From NCBI GenBank assembly GCA_030704615.1, contig CM060732.1, positions 50,530,001 to 50,594,000 on the forward strand: a stretch of DNA of 64,000 nucleotides. The letters run 5' to 3'. The number at the start of each line of letters is the position of its first letter. Within the stretch, counting starts at the first letter, position 1. The position numbers and the translations under genes were made by a program. The DNA is from Takakia lepidozioides. Lineage: Eukaryota > Plantae > Bryophyta. The notes beneath the pieces are model-generated. The model had not been told where the DNA came from. It was given only the letters and a program-made list of their open reading frames with translations, and ran no database searches. Positions 38,248 through 51,500 of this stretch are shown here, in pieces.

Positions 38248-41200
38248 CCACCCGCCTCTAACCCTCAGCAATTGTGGGTTGGGTACCCAGGCAGCCAGAA
38301 ATCAACAAGCTAGGCCTTGTGCCAACGCAAAATGCTGTCGCACACAAACACAAGCCACAAAATGCATGCGGGATGGAGCTGACGGGGAGCTGTGAAGAAG
38401 GTCGAGCTGCCAAAATGCGCGCAAAAGACAGGGCTGGGCGGGGGGTGCACAAAGGGCCGGGCGGTGCCCATGCACCCCGTGCCTCATTACCCCTGCCCCC
38501 ACCCCCCCCCGGCACAAAATCCCACCTGCCACGTCGACGGTCAACTGCCGTGGGACCCCCCCCCCCTCCACCCAAAATCATGCAATTTCCAAACTTCAAA
38601 AAATTCCTGACAGCGGAGTCTTTCTCTGTTGGGGGCGCCATAATGACCTGCGTGTGCAGCTCGTTCCGCGCTACAATTTTCGTTCAAGCCGTTCGTTCAT
38701 CGGACTTCATCCGTGCATGCTACGGATGGATGAAAAATCGAGCCGACCCGATTCGGGTCGGCTCGTCGTTTAGGGGTTAAGACAACATGCTACATGTCCA
38801 AGTTTGTTTGTTTGATATGTTTTTTTTGGAACTACTTGGGGTACATATTCAACCAGGAAATATCTGGGGGGTGGTGTTGGACTCAGTCCGCAGATGTACT
38901 TCTGAAAACAGGAGGACAGCCTTGTTCGCGCAATTTGATGCAGAATGGACTTACCCTGGAATTTTGTGCAAACAGTACGAGGGAGACAAAATCTCTTTGT
39001 CACCACAACCTCGAGTCGACTAGGGACTCTCATAGTTTCTGGGCCTCCCCTGGATTCCTGGAGGATGGGGACATCAATTGGAGGCACAGAAAGAATTGAG
39101 ATTTTGAAGTCCGAGCACATCTTAAATTTGAGTCACTCAGGCAAAAGCGTTGATGGTGTTTGGTTTAGAAGCCCAGCTCGGACGTTGTCCAACCCATTTT
39201 ATTATATTATCTGGAGATTTAGTCTAAAGTGCATCTACTTTCAGGACCACTGAACGATGTACACATGGAATGTTGTGACGTAAACATTCCCCTGGGAACA
39301 AGAAGAAGGAGGCATCAATTGACATTGAGACCATGGGTACCGCCGTCAGTTGCAGGGCGGAGGCCTATTGCCATCAAATTTCTAGAATTTTATGGTCTGG
39401 ACACCATGGAATAAATGAAACTTGAAGTAGATCACCATTCTATTGGCCCTGAACCGCCATTGATTTGCACTACCTACACAAAGCTCTATTAATTTCTAAG
39501 AGCTGAAGTTCACTACAAATAATAATTTACTTTATTCTTGACGGGTGCGGTCAACCAAAAAATTATTTACAGCTGTGTAAGCCTCACAGCTGATTCTTGT
39601 TTGAAGATCATCAAGGATCCCCCTATAATTTACAATGAACTTTCTCCTCTTTCTTTAACAGTGCTGAATTGAGCTTTAGTATGCAATACTCCACATTTGT
39701 TCTAGTACAGGTGCAAAGATTCGAAGTTGAAAATCAAGTGCGCGCCCCGAGCTCTACTAATCCTGCTTGAATGTAGCCTCTGAAAGCAATCGGAAATTTG
39801 TGTGAATCTTCTTGCAGCAATCAAATCATTCACCCTCAGGTTCCCTTCACACTACAACTTTCAGGCATTCTTATGGGTAATTAAATTATCCAAGTGTCGG
39901 GCTGCACTATCTATTTCAAACTTCATATATGTACATGCGATCTGACATGCTATGAAGTTTGACGAGTTTAGGTATCCTTCTCATTCACACAAGAAATCTG
40001 AAATGTGAGATGTCATAGGTTTGTCTCAATGTACTAAGGAGTAATGAATACCAACATAAAATATTCTGCAAAGGCCTTAAGTACATGGTTTCTAGGTCTA
40101 GTGAGCTGCCAGTTTACAAGACACAAGATATGATTTGTGTAAATTACTAATTATTCTCCGGATATAATGCAGAGCAAACAATAACACTAGCTTTTCGAGC
40201 ATATCTCCCTCACATGCTCTCTGGACTGTGTTGTTTCAGGAGGAGTAGTGGGTGGTGTCAAAAAAGGGGGGCTAAGGAAATGACCAAGTGCCACCTATTA
40301 TCATGATAACCCTTCCATTCCGGGGTGATTTTCGAGCTAGAGTGGGCCAAAGGCAGATCAGGAATACATAAATGATGATGTGGCGAATCCTCAACCATCG
40401 GATTTGCTTCAACTTACAATCTTGACCTTCTATTATTGACTGTTAAAACTAAAATTTTCAAATTTATTCAAATTTGATCCTAATCAATTGTGGGTCTATG
40501 GTGAATGAATGTGTCTAATGAAGAAAGTTTTGTTACTTCAAAAGAATTTATTCGTAAAGGACCTTTTCATATTTTTGAATGATTGTTTTCATTCCAGATT
40601 CCTCATTCTTCAAAGCAAAATTGAGAGAGTCCATTTTCTTAACTTTGTTTTGAATCACATATTAAAGAGTCCATAATATATTTTTTTATGTACTGTGACA
40701 ATTACTTTTGGACTTTAAAAAAAGTCCATAACATCTAGAGATTTTGGTTTTTGGTAATGAGATTTAAAAGTGTGAAAGTATATGTAGACGAGTCTCTATA
40801 TTTTAGTCCCTTTTTATTTAATTGCACTGTCATGTAGAAATATGATAAAATATCAATATTCTATGTGTGATAGCGAAAAATGGACACTATAGGCTACGAT
40901 CACCCTCCGCACCTACTGTGTCCCTGCAGTGGAAGAGAAAAAAGAGTATATGCTCAACAACCCTTGTTGTTGACTCCCGTGATTGCATATACCAACTCGC
41001 TTATCACAAATGAACAGCAAAATCCGAAGGCATTAGTATACTCGTGGTAGAAATTCAAATGCCTCAATGACCTTTTTTCATTACGTGATCTTGGTTTAGT
41101 GAACCATGGAGTCACACACATCCTCTCTCTGTTAATTCTTTCCTTCCCGAGCATTCTTTTACGCTAAAAAAGAATTCCAGGGCAGATCCAAGCCTCCATG

Positions 41201-42129
41201 TTTTGCTCAAAAGATTTGGGGCATGATGAACATCATTGAAGTGATGTTACCATATGCTGAATGGTGCAAGGTGAATGACAGAATACCACTACATTGCCAT
41301 TGATCTTGCCTACCACAGACATAAACTCATTACTACACAAACAGTAACTTAGCGAATCAAATCCCTCATGAGTGCTCAATGCAGATATTCATTTTCCCAC
41401 CAGCTCAAAGCTACAATTCTGAGCCCAAAGTCCAACTGCAACTTAGTTACATCAGCAAAAAGGCCCAAGTCCTAAAATCTCACTCGAGACCAGTACAACT
41501 CTCACATTTTTCTCCTGCACAGTCCAGCCATGACTACTCTCTCTATTTTCCAGCATCTCCTCTCTCATGGTTTTAGTCATGGTTAGTTAGAAATGCTTCT
41601 CATTGAACAATATTAGAGTCTTGAATGCCCGCGCGTGTGGCTATGGTGGGGTCCGCGTGTGGCAGAGGGGGTCGTGGAGGGTGGGAGTGCCCCTACCCGG
41701 ACTCGGCTAGTCTGCTGCTAGGTCTGCCCGGCAAGCTAGCCCACAAAACACATAAGCTAGTCTGTTGGGGCCCACAATATTCTAGCGACGACTGAAGGTC
41801 GGAAGTTGTTAGTTTAGCGTAGAGTAGGAATAGGGTGCCATAGTGCCACGTCATCATCGCCATGTTTCGTCGCTACATCATCGTAGACACGTCATCGTCA
41901 TCGTCAATTTCTTAGGAACCTGCCCGAAATGCCCGAAAAGCAGCGCGGGGAAGAAAGGGATGCCCCCGCGTGCTCGAGTGCAGAGGGGTTTCACACAATG
42001 TGGTGAGGGCACTTTCTTATTCTTCAGCCTGTTTTGCCTCTCATCAAACTCACCCCTGAGATCCTGTTATCAGAGTCGTCCCTAATTTTTCATGTTGAAT
42101 TTTGCAGGTTAGCTCGTTGGTGGATCTAT

Positions 42130-42560
42130 GGTGGTTTTGGAGGCTACCGTGCACAACTCCAATTATATATGGGATCCCCTGCAATGCTTCAAACTTGGCT
42201 GACATTCTCTTTATGCTTTGACTAGTAGATTTCACAAACACTATGTGCTTCAAATATTTTCTGATAGATGCACAAAAATCTCTCACAAAGATAGATGCAG
42301 TACTTTCTGCCACTCCATAAATCTCTCCACACATTTGTAATGTGTTACCACTGCCCAATCTAGATAATGCTATGGCTACCCGTGTTTCTAAGGGAATGCA
42401 AGCTTGCATGTGAGAATCTGACTTGGTCATAGATGGAGCAAAAAAGGAACACAAGTATGTGAAGTACTTGGATTTAACATGGTTCGCTGCTTGAACATCC
42501 TATTTGAATAACTGCCCATGAGTTGCCACTCCATGAAACCTATAGTTCTCTCATACATCA
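42130..42560 (-). mobile_element. PIF/Harbinger transposase remnant (HARBI1/ALP1-like)
   Basis: IPLETRVAIALSRLGSGN..GEIYGVAESTAS..V..FC..I..FEALQGIPYIIGVVHGS. The catalytic DG is changed to HG and the fragment is truncated. Confidence 0.75.
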
Positions 42561-43846
42561 CACATTTCGATCTCTTGGCCCATTCCCTTCAATAATCATG
42601 GCACCCGTCATCATCATTGCACCCTGGTGATGACCAATGACAAGTTGTTGTGCAGCTACAACGACAATCATCACATGACGGACTGCCACGAAGAACACAA
42701 AGTGCCACCAAAGTCTTGTGCCTATGAGCATCCATGGTGAGTGCACATAAACTAGGTCAAGAGGTGAGAGGAGCTCAAACCGTGGAGGACACAAAGAGGG
42801 AGCGTGCGGGGTTCACAAGGGTTATATGTGATTATGAAGCCTTGGCCTCTACCACTCCGCCCCAAGGCCTTTCCACTAGTGCCTCTTGGCCCCCTAGAAA
42901 ATACTTACTTGAGGCCACCCCAATGATCCATTAGTACTAAAAAATGGGCTCCCTCCGCCCCAATATTTGTTGGCCTCGACTCCTGGTGTAAAGCCTTATA
43001 AAGCCTCATGGCCACTACTGCCAGGTTATGTTTTCCTTGTCATAATTTCATCTAAAATCCCCTAAAAACACATTATGCAAAAAAACTAAAACATCTGATT
43101 GCACATGCGTTTTTTTTTTTTGTTTTATCAAAAAAAGCCATTCTTGATTCAACCTCACCTCAAAAATGATTATTGGAGTTCTTTCTAGGGCCCTCTGGAA
43201 CTTGGACAGGGATCTTCCCACAAGGCATGCGCTTTATTGATAGAAGGGGAAAAAAAATAAACCCTAGGGAGGCCATAAGGCAGAAAACACATCCAATGGA
43301 TGAGGGACGAGCTCACAAAACAAGAGAGAAACAGCCATAATGGCGAAGACCCGGACAAACCAGAAAACCATGGAAGCCATTGAGGCTTCTGAAGTCTTTC
43401 TTTATGTTTCAATTTGACAACTCATTTCAACCATCAGTCGGAGTTTCTAAACTATTAGGTAGATACTGCAACTTCATGTTACAATTGAACTTAATAAAAA
43501 CTGACCTTCAGTAGAGCTACGGAGAGTACCGGATTCAACCGCGGAGAGAGAGAAGACTCTGGCCGAAGCCAACATAAAATTAGAGCCCCTTCCCTTATAT
43601 TTGCCCATGAACTTATTTATCTCAGTGCTTTTCCCCCAAGGAAATATTGAATGCCTGATGTGGCATCCAGGCGAGGTGCCTGAGCTGTATCCCCACTGGA
43701 CATCCCAGCCTGCCATGTGGGCGATCTTGCATGCCTACATGCCAGGCTTTGGATTCAAGCTGCAAAAATGGATCCCAGTTCTTAATCTTTGAGTGCAGGA
43801 AAGCTTGAAAACTCTGAGGAGATTCGCATTGAAAAATCGTCAGAGG

Positions 43847-44116
43847 ATGACTTCGCAACCCAACAGTCCGTGGCGCCTCAGGAGGCCCAATATGTTCAAG
43901 CGCCTTCAAGATCCGGAGCTATATGTGCAGCCCAACCCCGTGAAACGGGCCATTTTTGGGACAAGCCTGTTTGTGTTTTTCATGGGTTATCTTCTGTGGC
44001 AGAAAAAAGAATATGAGAAGCTGCAAAGAGATTCAGCTGGTCGACGGTCAAGTCATTCTCAAGTTAATTCTGGTCGAATTCCGACCCAAAAAGTGGATGA
44101 TCGCAGATTTACATGA
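43847..44116 (+). CDS. Small single-pass membrane protein, SMIM8/DUF4500-like
   Basis: 89 aa. RRPNMFKRLQDPELYVQPNP, then a hydrophobic helix AIFGTSLFVFFMGYLLW. Resembles the SMIM8 motif LFRAVNPELFIKPN plus TM. Confidence 0.6.
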   Translation: MTSQPNSPWRLRRPNMFKRLQDPELYVQPNPVKRAIFGTSLFVFFMGYLLWQKKEYEKLQRDSAGRRSSHSQVNSGRIPTQKVDDRRFT

Positions 44117-45592
44117 GTCCTAGATTTGGTTAAGGGGAGTGAGAGACGGGAACGGATGGTAGTCATGCCTCTGGACTATGTTTTAACGTTGCCTGTTATC
44201 CTCGGATTATTCCTACTATATTAGTGCAAGTTACTTGATTAGGGAGGTGAGATTGCTAGGGAGGAGGGGGGGAATGCCTGAGGTAGGTCGAAATCAGAAC
44301 CTCGTTATATACTTCATAATACTGCTCAAATTTTGTTCTTTGTATGCACTCAGATGCACAAGGTTTTGTGCTGAGCGGAGTTATTCGGGATCAGAGTCAT
44401 CCCTCCCTTTGTCTGTTGTTGCTCCCTGCTGTAACCACGAAGTTATTCTCAATTCATGCAATGCTCATCACGTGATTCAGACTGAAGGGTGATAGCTCTT
44501 GTCGGAAGACGCACATGCTGACGGAATTTTCGATGCTTCAAAGAGGATATCTCGCTAGGATAAAAACTCCACTTAACTGAATCTGCTGTGGAAGATATCC
44601 CCCTAAGCTTCATGCTGCTTATAAGACATCCGCTCGTTGTATGCAGTACAAACTTCCAACTGGCAACTAAACGTGAGGGACTCCCTCATTCAACTCATAA
44701 TAGTTGTTAGTTGATCGACATTGGCCACTTTCCGAGGCATGAAGACCTGGAAAGTCGAGGGGATAATATCATGAGCACAGGCTTGCACATGAACAACCAG
44801 CAAATTGGACTGTCCCCTTCTCCACTGCAGACTGTGCTGCAATTTTAAAAGGGAAGAAAGGAAAAGGTGCCCAAGCTGACAAAATAAAGTGCTCCCAGCT
44901 ATTGCTGGAATTCCTACAAGTTTAGAAGAGGCCAAAAGTGGCGGGTATTTCTCTTTGAAGACTATTGACGGAAAAAATCAACCCTAGTGTTTTAGGAGAC
45001 ATGACGGAGGCTGGACACTTAGTTTTGATGTACAAAACAATGAAAACCCAGCTCTTGTAAAGTTGCTCGTTTGTGAGTCGGAAGTGGATTTCAAGGTATG
45101 TCAGAGGGAAAGATCCAAATTACCTCTCTGAGGTGTGCCAGTAGAAAGTAGCTTCTTTAAACATGCAATTTCGTCCTCTGCCCTTTTGATTCCTGCACGG
45201 CCATCTCTGTTGCAAGCGGCACTTCCCCTTGTTTTGGACAGTATTGGATGCTTGGCCAGTGGTTCTGCGTCCTCTTCTATTGATGTCCCAGAACTGTGAG
45301 AATTCCTTGAATCATCTCTTCCGCTTCTCTGTCTCTTCTCTCTCTGCGCTACGTCAAACAGCGTCTTGTGAGTACATCCTCGCTCTGCGCCAGGCTTCAA
45401 ACGAACTGTTTCTGATGTTGCGTTTCAATATAAAGGTCTGACTAATGTTCTGTCTCTTTTGGGTTTAGGGCTGCGGAGAGAAAAGCCCTGAAGGGTCTGT
45501 CTCAGCCTTGAATGTGTGCTATTTTTGATGTCTTGTTATCTTTTCAGGAAGCAGAACACACATGACAGACGACTAGGAGGAAGAGAGACACG

Positions 45593-48500
45593 ATGGTGTG
45601 GTGCAGCTACTGCGCCAATGATCAGATTGCTGAAAGTGACGATATCAACGGTTTCACGTGGGTCATCTTCCTCTGTTCTCTTTGTGACGGGCGGGGTGGG
45701 TTGAGTGGAGAGGAGAATTGACACTGGGGTAGGTGTATGAATTGTCTGGACCTATGTTTTCAAGAAGATTTCTCTTGGCATCTCCCCTAAAACTCTCGGG
45801 CACATCTGCATTTGTCGGTATCGTTTCTTACGTAGCGTTTAGATGTGGGCATCAGGTGTTGTACGGGATGTGGGCGAGTGCTAGATGACAATGTTTATTC
45901 AACGGATGTCACTTTTACCAAGGGTGCTGGTGGCCAGGTTTGCTCTCCAAATTTGTCCCTTATTTGAAGCAAAGACTCAAGTGACAATCTTGGTCCTGCA
46001 CCTTCTTGCCCATCTGATAGATCTGGAGGCAATGGATATTTTTCTCTGGGGGATGGCAAGAGGAAACTGTGACTTGTGTGAGTAATCTCATGCTGATTGA
46101 TTCACCTCCCAAGCATGGAACTGACTGGGATGAGATCAAGCCAGAATGTGGTACATTCCAGCTTTCTTGTCTAGCCCTGGTCTCCCAACAGATGTGACAC
46201 ATGTGATAAGTAGGGAGAGAGAGAGGATTATTGTCTTGATGGTTGGTGTGGGGCTGGACAGAGCCAAGCCGAGGGAAATTTTATCCGAGATGGACAGACC
46301 AACTTGTTACGAATTGGAGGAGCCCAGGGTCGTGCTCTTGGTTTCCAATCTGATTCACATGAGAAAACTCTTAACAAAGGTTTGACCCCTATTTATCATC
46401 CAACCCTCCTCTCCCTTTCCTTGCATTATCCATTATTGTTCTCTTCAAAGCTATTTTCTGTTTTATAAATACGTTGCTATTATACAAAGGATGGTAGACT
46501 CTTGCAGCTTCAGACCTCATGCAGCATACTACTGCCCCTTCTGATTATAGGGTGAGAATTGTGTCGGTTTGCCGTCAGCCTTTCATAGCCAAGGGCATGA
46601 GAGAAAGAGAACGTCACTTACATGGCCTTGTGGCTGGTCTGCATGACGTAGGGAAGTATGAAATACAAGAGATTGCAGAACGTCTTTCGATCCGGCCACG
46701 TGAAGATATGGTGCGAGCAGCACACCGCTTCTACACGGTCTGTTGTATAATGTTCCTTCGGCTCCGTTCTCTGTCTCTGGATCTCTCTCTCTTCCTCGAG
46801 ATAAAATTCTGTCTTGCTCTCTCTCTCTGGAGTTTATATCTGTGGGTGAAATTGGTTCTGAGGAGAAGTGCTGGTTGTCTTCCCCGGAAGCGGAGTGTTG
46901 TGCATGAGCACATTGGCAAGCAAGAATTTAAGTTACCTATGGGCCACAATTGGATCCGGGAGATAAAATTCTATTTCTTTCTGTCTTGCTCTCTCTCTCT
47001 CTCTCTGAAATTTAAACTCAGGGCAGGAAGCCTACCTTTGAACAGCAAACAGAAGCAGAGAGGAAAGGGAGAGTGCAATTGCCCGTTGTGTGGGCAATCT
47101 GAAGACAGTATTCATTTTCTGATACACTGTCCGGGGTTCTCTCACCAAAGAGACGCTCTCTTCAAATCTATTAAGGGAATTGTGCCTGTACCCCTGTTTA
47201 CCAACTTTGAAAGTCTCGAGGCTGAGCCAAAAGCCCAGGCCCTCCTGAGGCCTAGTTTTTGGGCAAATCACACACAGCAGATTGATGCTTGTGTGAAGGG
47301 ATTTCTAGAGGATATCTGGAAAACCCGGATTAATTCTTTATATGGAGGTAAGTCTTACTACCAACGTCAGCCCCTGACAGAGGTAGGTTCTGTCCCTTTT
47401 GTTCCCGCTCAAACTGGGCGCGGGGTCAATGGCCACAAGGCTACGGCAAACAACGTCTTATGAGTACAATCTCTCTCTCTCAATTGTTTGACAATTGTGA
47501 AATTATCAACAAGGGTTTGAGGTACGAGCATAGTATCTGGCTAAAACTGAATTTGAAGGGCGGCATGAGTACAAAGGACCTCTTTGTTGGTTGTGTTTAC
47601 ATGCCCACAGAGGGGACCCTTAGTGCTGATGCAGACAAGGCCTTCGAAGATGTAAAGCTGGACTGTGCTTCGTTCCTTGCCAAAGGTCAGGTGGTACTAT
47701 TGGGGGACTTCAATGCCCGGGTGGGCAAAGGGATCCATCAGGACGATATCATTGGACCTTTTGGTGAGGACGAGCTGAATTCTAATGGCAGACGGTTAAT
47801 TAACTGTCTAGAAGAGCTTCAGCTTTTGACCTTGAATAACAGGACAAGAGGTGACCAAGTGCAGTGGACTCGTGAGAAACCCCAAACTGGGGAACGTTCC
47901 ATTGTGGACTATATCATAATGGACAAAATTTTGTTCCCCCAGTGTGCCAATGTGTTGATCGACAGAACTGATATTGGTACCTCTGACCACTTCCTGGTTT
48001 GGACTGAGATCAAAAGGTGTTTTCCCACCACCAAGAGATCTGTGAAACGTTCGATTCGGAAGTGGCGCATAGAAAAATTCCACAATGAGGAGGTCAAGGC
48101 TGAGTACGTCCAGGCCTTGCAAGAGGCTCTCCCTCATTTTGTCCAATCGCTCCAAGAACTTCAGTCATGCTCTGTTAACGCAAGAAATGAAGTCGAAAGA
48201 GCAGTGGACTCTTGGGAGAGTTTCGTTTCCTCCGTGGCTGACAAGATCATTGGGAGGAAACTAATTGTCTGCGGTAGAGCAGTTAATTGGTGGACTAATG
48301 AGATTAAACTCAAGATAGCTGAGAGACGAGCCCTCTATAAAGAGTGCTGCAATTTGGAAACCAACAGAGAATTGTGGGCGAGGTACTACCAGCTCCGTAA
48401 AGATATCAATCAGCTTGTTAGGTCTCAGAAGAAATTATACTGGGACAAGTTATACAGTGAAATAAACTCAAACCACCATGGTGGTAATGACAAGAAATTC

Positions 48501-51500
48501 TGGTTGGCCCTTCAACGTTTGTACAAACTGAAAAACGGTCAGCAAGTACAAGCGCTGAAGACTACTAAAGGTGCAGTGGTGTCTTCATCGGTTGACATTG
48601 TCAAAACCTTTGAAACTCACTACAGTATCCTTGGCAGAACTTCTAGGTCTAACAGTGAGGGGTCTTCTGCTGAATGGAGGGACACAGTTGGAAAAACTGT
48701 TCCTATGATTCAAAACAGCCCTGATGAACTCGAGTATATTTCAATGGCTTATAATGCTCCCATTAGTTCTTCTGAGATTGTGGAAGCAATTGAACATTTA
48801 AATGGATATAAAGCTGGTGGACCTGATGGTATTGTCAACGAGCTTATCAAGCACGGTGGCGATCCCATGATAGAGGCCCTAGTTCTCCTCTTTAACCTTA
48901 TCTGGAAGACTGAAATGATCCCCTTTCGCTGGCGACAGGGGGTCATTGTCAATCTATACAAGAAGGGTGACAGAGAAGAACCGGGGAACTACCGTGGCAT
49001 CACGCTCCTCAATGCTGTTGGCAAGACATTCTGCAGAGTTATAAGTACTCGTCTCGAGGTTGATCTGGAGTCTAGAGGTTGTTTCCACGAAGGCCAAGCT
49101 GGCTTTCGGCGAAACAGGGGCTGTGTGGATCATATCTTCACTCTAAGCCAGATTATCCAGGGAAGGAAAAAAGAAGGGAAACCCACTTATGTCTTTTTCC
49201 TGGATGTCAAAAAGGCTTATGACACAGTGTGGAGAGATGGCCTATGGTTCCGCCTCTGGTCTTGTGGGATCAAGGGAAAGATGTGGAGAGTTGTCCACAA
49301 CTTGTATGCTCACACCAAAAGCTGTGTCACTGTTAACGGACAGAAGTCCAACTTCTTTGACATAGACCAAGGTGTAGCTCAAGGATGTACTCTCTCCCCT
49401 CTGCTCTTCAATGTTTTCATCAATCAACTCCTCGAGGATGTGGAAAGTGAGGGATTTGGGTTAAGGGTGGGTGATACCACCATACCAGCCCTTATGTTTG
49501 CGGATGACTTCGCAGGCATAGGGGAGACTCCAACCAATCTCCAGGAGTTGATTGATTGCGCGAAGAGATACTTTGATCTTTGGGGGCTAAAGGCTAATGT
49601 CAGCAAATGTGCAGTGGTAGCATTCAACGACAGAGGAGAGGGAGGAAGTGATCTTAAGTGGCAGTGGGGTAGCCAAGAGATCCCGGTCCTCCCTTCCTAC
49701 ACTTACCTGGGCGTTGAGTTCTCCTCCAATTGTAATTGGGATGCACATATCCGGAAAGTTGTTCAAACTGGCAAGGGCAAAGCTCTGGGGCTCACTAAAT
49801 TTTTCCACTGCAGAGGGGTCAACTCTGAGGTCAAGAAAACCATGCTTTGTCGCGTTATTAGACCTGCCTTGGAGTACGGATCTGCTATATGGGTTGATAA
49901 CTCCAACCAGGCTAAGTCTCTAGAATCCATTCAAGTGGGGGTGCTTAAGGAGTGTATGTCAGCATGCTCCAAAACAGCCAATGTGGCTGTTCGCTGTTCG
50001 GGGTGAGTTTGGCATTCCGTCCTTAAGCTCCCGACGAGATGAATTCAAGGTCAGATGGTGGGGTCAGCTGCAACATATGCCCAACACCAGATATCCTAAG
50101 TTAATCGACTCTATATCTTGGAAACAGGACCGCCCTGTCAAACAGGCTAAGTCCTGGCAGAAGAGAGTAGAAGGGATCCTCAAGGACCTGGACCTGGATC
50201 CGCAAGTCTTGACCCTGCTGGATAAATCTGACTTAGAGGCTGTAGTGTCCTCAGCCATGTCTGTTGCCATGAGATTGTCTGATGAAAATGAAGTTAGGCA
50301 GAAAACTTCCCTGAACTTGTTTCCAGTCTGTGACGTGGGGGAGGACATCTTGGATGACCTCAAGGGTCTACCCACTCTCGGCACTAGACTGAAATTTAAA
50401 CTCAGGGCAGGAAGCCTACCTTTGAACAGCAAACAGAAGCAGAGAGGAAAGGGAGAGTGCAATTGCCCGTTGTGTGGGCAATCTGAAGACAGTATTCATT
50501 TTCTGATACACTGTCCGGGGTTCTCTCACCAAAGAGACGCTCTCTTCAAATCTATTAAGGCCCTGTTTACCAACTTTGAAAGTCTCGAGGCAGCCAAAAG
50601 CCCAGGCCCTCCTGAGGCCTAGTTTTTGGGCAAATCACACACAGCAGATTGATGCTTGTGTGAAGGGATTTCTAGAGGATATCTGGAAAACCCGGATTAA
50701 TTCTTTATATGGAGGTAAGTCTTACTACCAACGTCAGCCCCTGACAGAGGTAGGTTCTGTCCCTTTTGTTCCCGCTCAAACTGGGCGCGGGGTCAATGGC
50801 CACAAGGCTACGGCAAACAACGTCTTATGAGTACAATCTCTCTCTCTCAATTGTTTGACAATTGTGAAATTATCAACAAGGGTTTGAGGTACGAGCATAG
50901 TATCTGGCTAAAACTGAATTTGAAGGGCGGCATGAGTACAAAGGACCTCTTTGTTGGTTGTGTTTACATGCCCACAGAGGGGACCCTTAGTGCTGATGCA
51001 GACAAGGCCTTCGAAGATGTAAAGCTGGACTGTGCTTCGTTCCTTGCCAAAGGTCAGGTGGTACTATTGGGGGACTTCAATGCCCGGGTGGGCAAAGGGA
51101 TCCATCAGGACGATATCATTGGACCTTTTGGTGAGGACGAGCTGAATTCTAATGGCAGACGGTTAATTAACTGTCTAGAAGAGCTTCAGCTTTTGACCTT
51201 GAATAACAGGACAAGAGGTGACCAAGTGCAGTGGACTCGTGAGAAACCCCAAACTGGGGAACGTTCCATTGTGGACTATATCATAATGGACAAAATTTTG
51301 TTCCCCCAGTGTGCCAATGTGTTGATCGACAGAACTGATATTGGTACCTCTGACCACTTCCTGGTTTGGACTGAGATCAAAAGGTGTTTTCCCACCACCA
51401 AGAGATCTGTGAAACGTTCGATTCGGAAGTGGCGCATAGAAAAATTCCACAATGAGGAGGTCAAGGCTGAGTACGTCCAGGCCTTGCAAGAGGCTCTCCC

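Larger units (their letters stand above)
34532..38776 (-). mobile_element. Full-length piggyBac transposon (4.2 kb)
   Basis: TIR CCCCTAAAGGACGAG / CTCGTCGTTTAGGGG (1 mismatch), TTAA TSD at 34528-34531 and 38777-38780, internal piggyBac transposase. Confidence 0.93.

Noticed and set aside
46519-47463. 314-aa ORF as a gene
   Set aside because: It is a chance fusion of intron sequence, BRF1 exon 4, CT repeats and the LINE 3' fragment.
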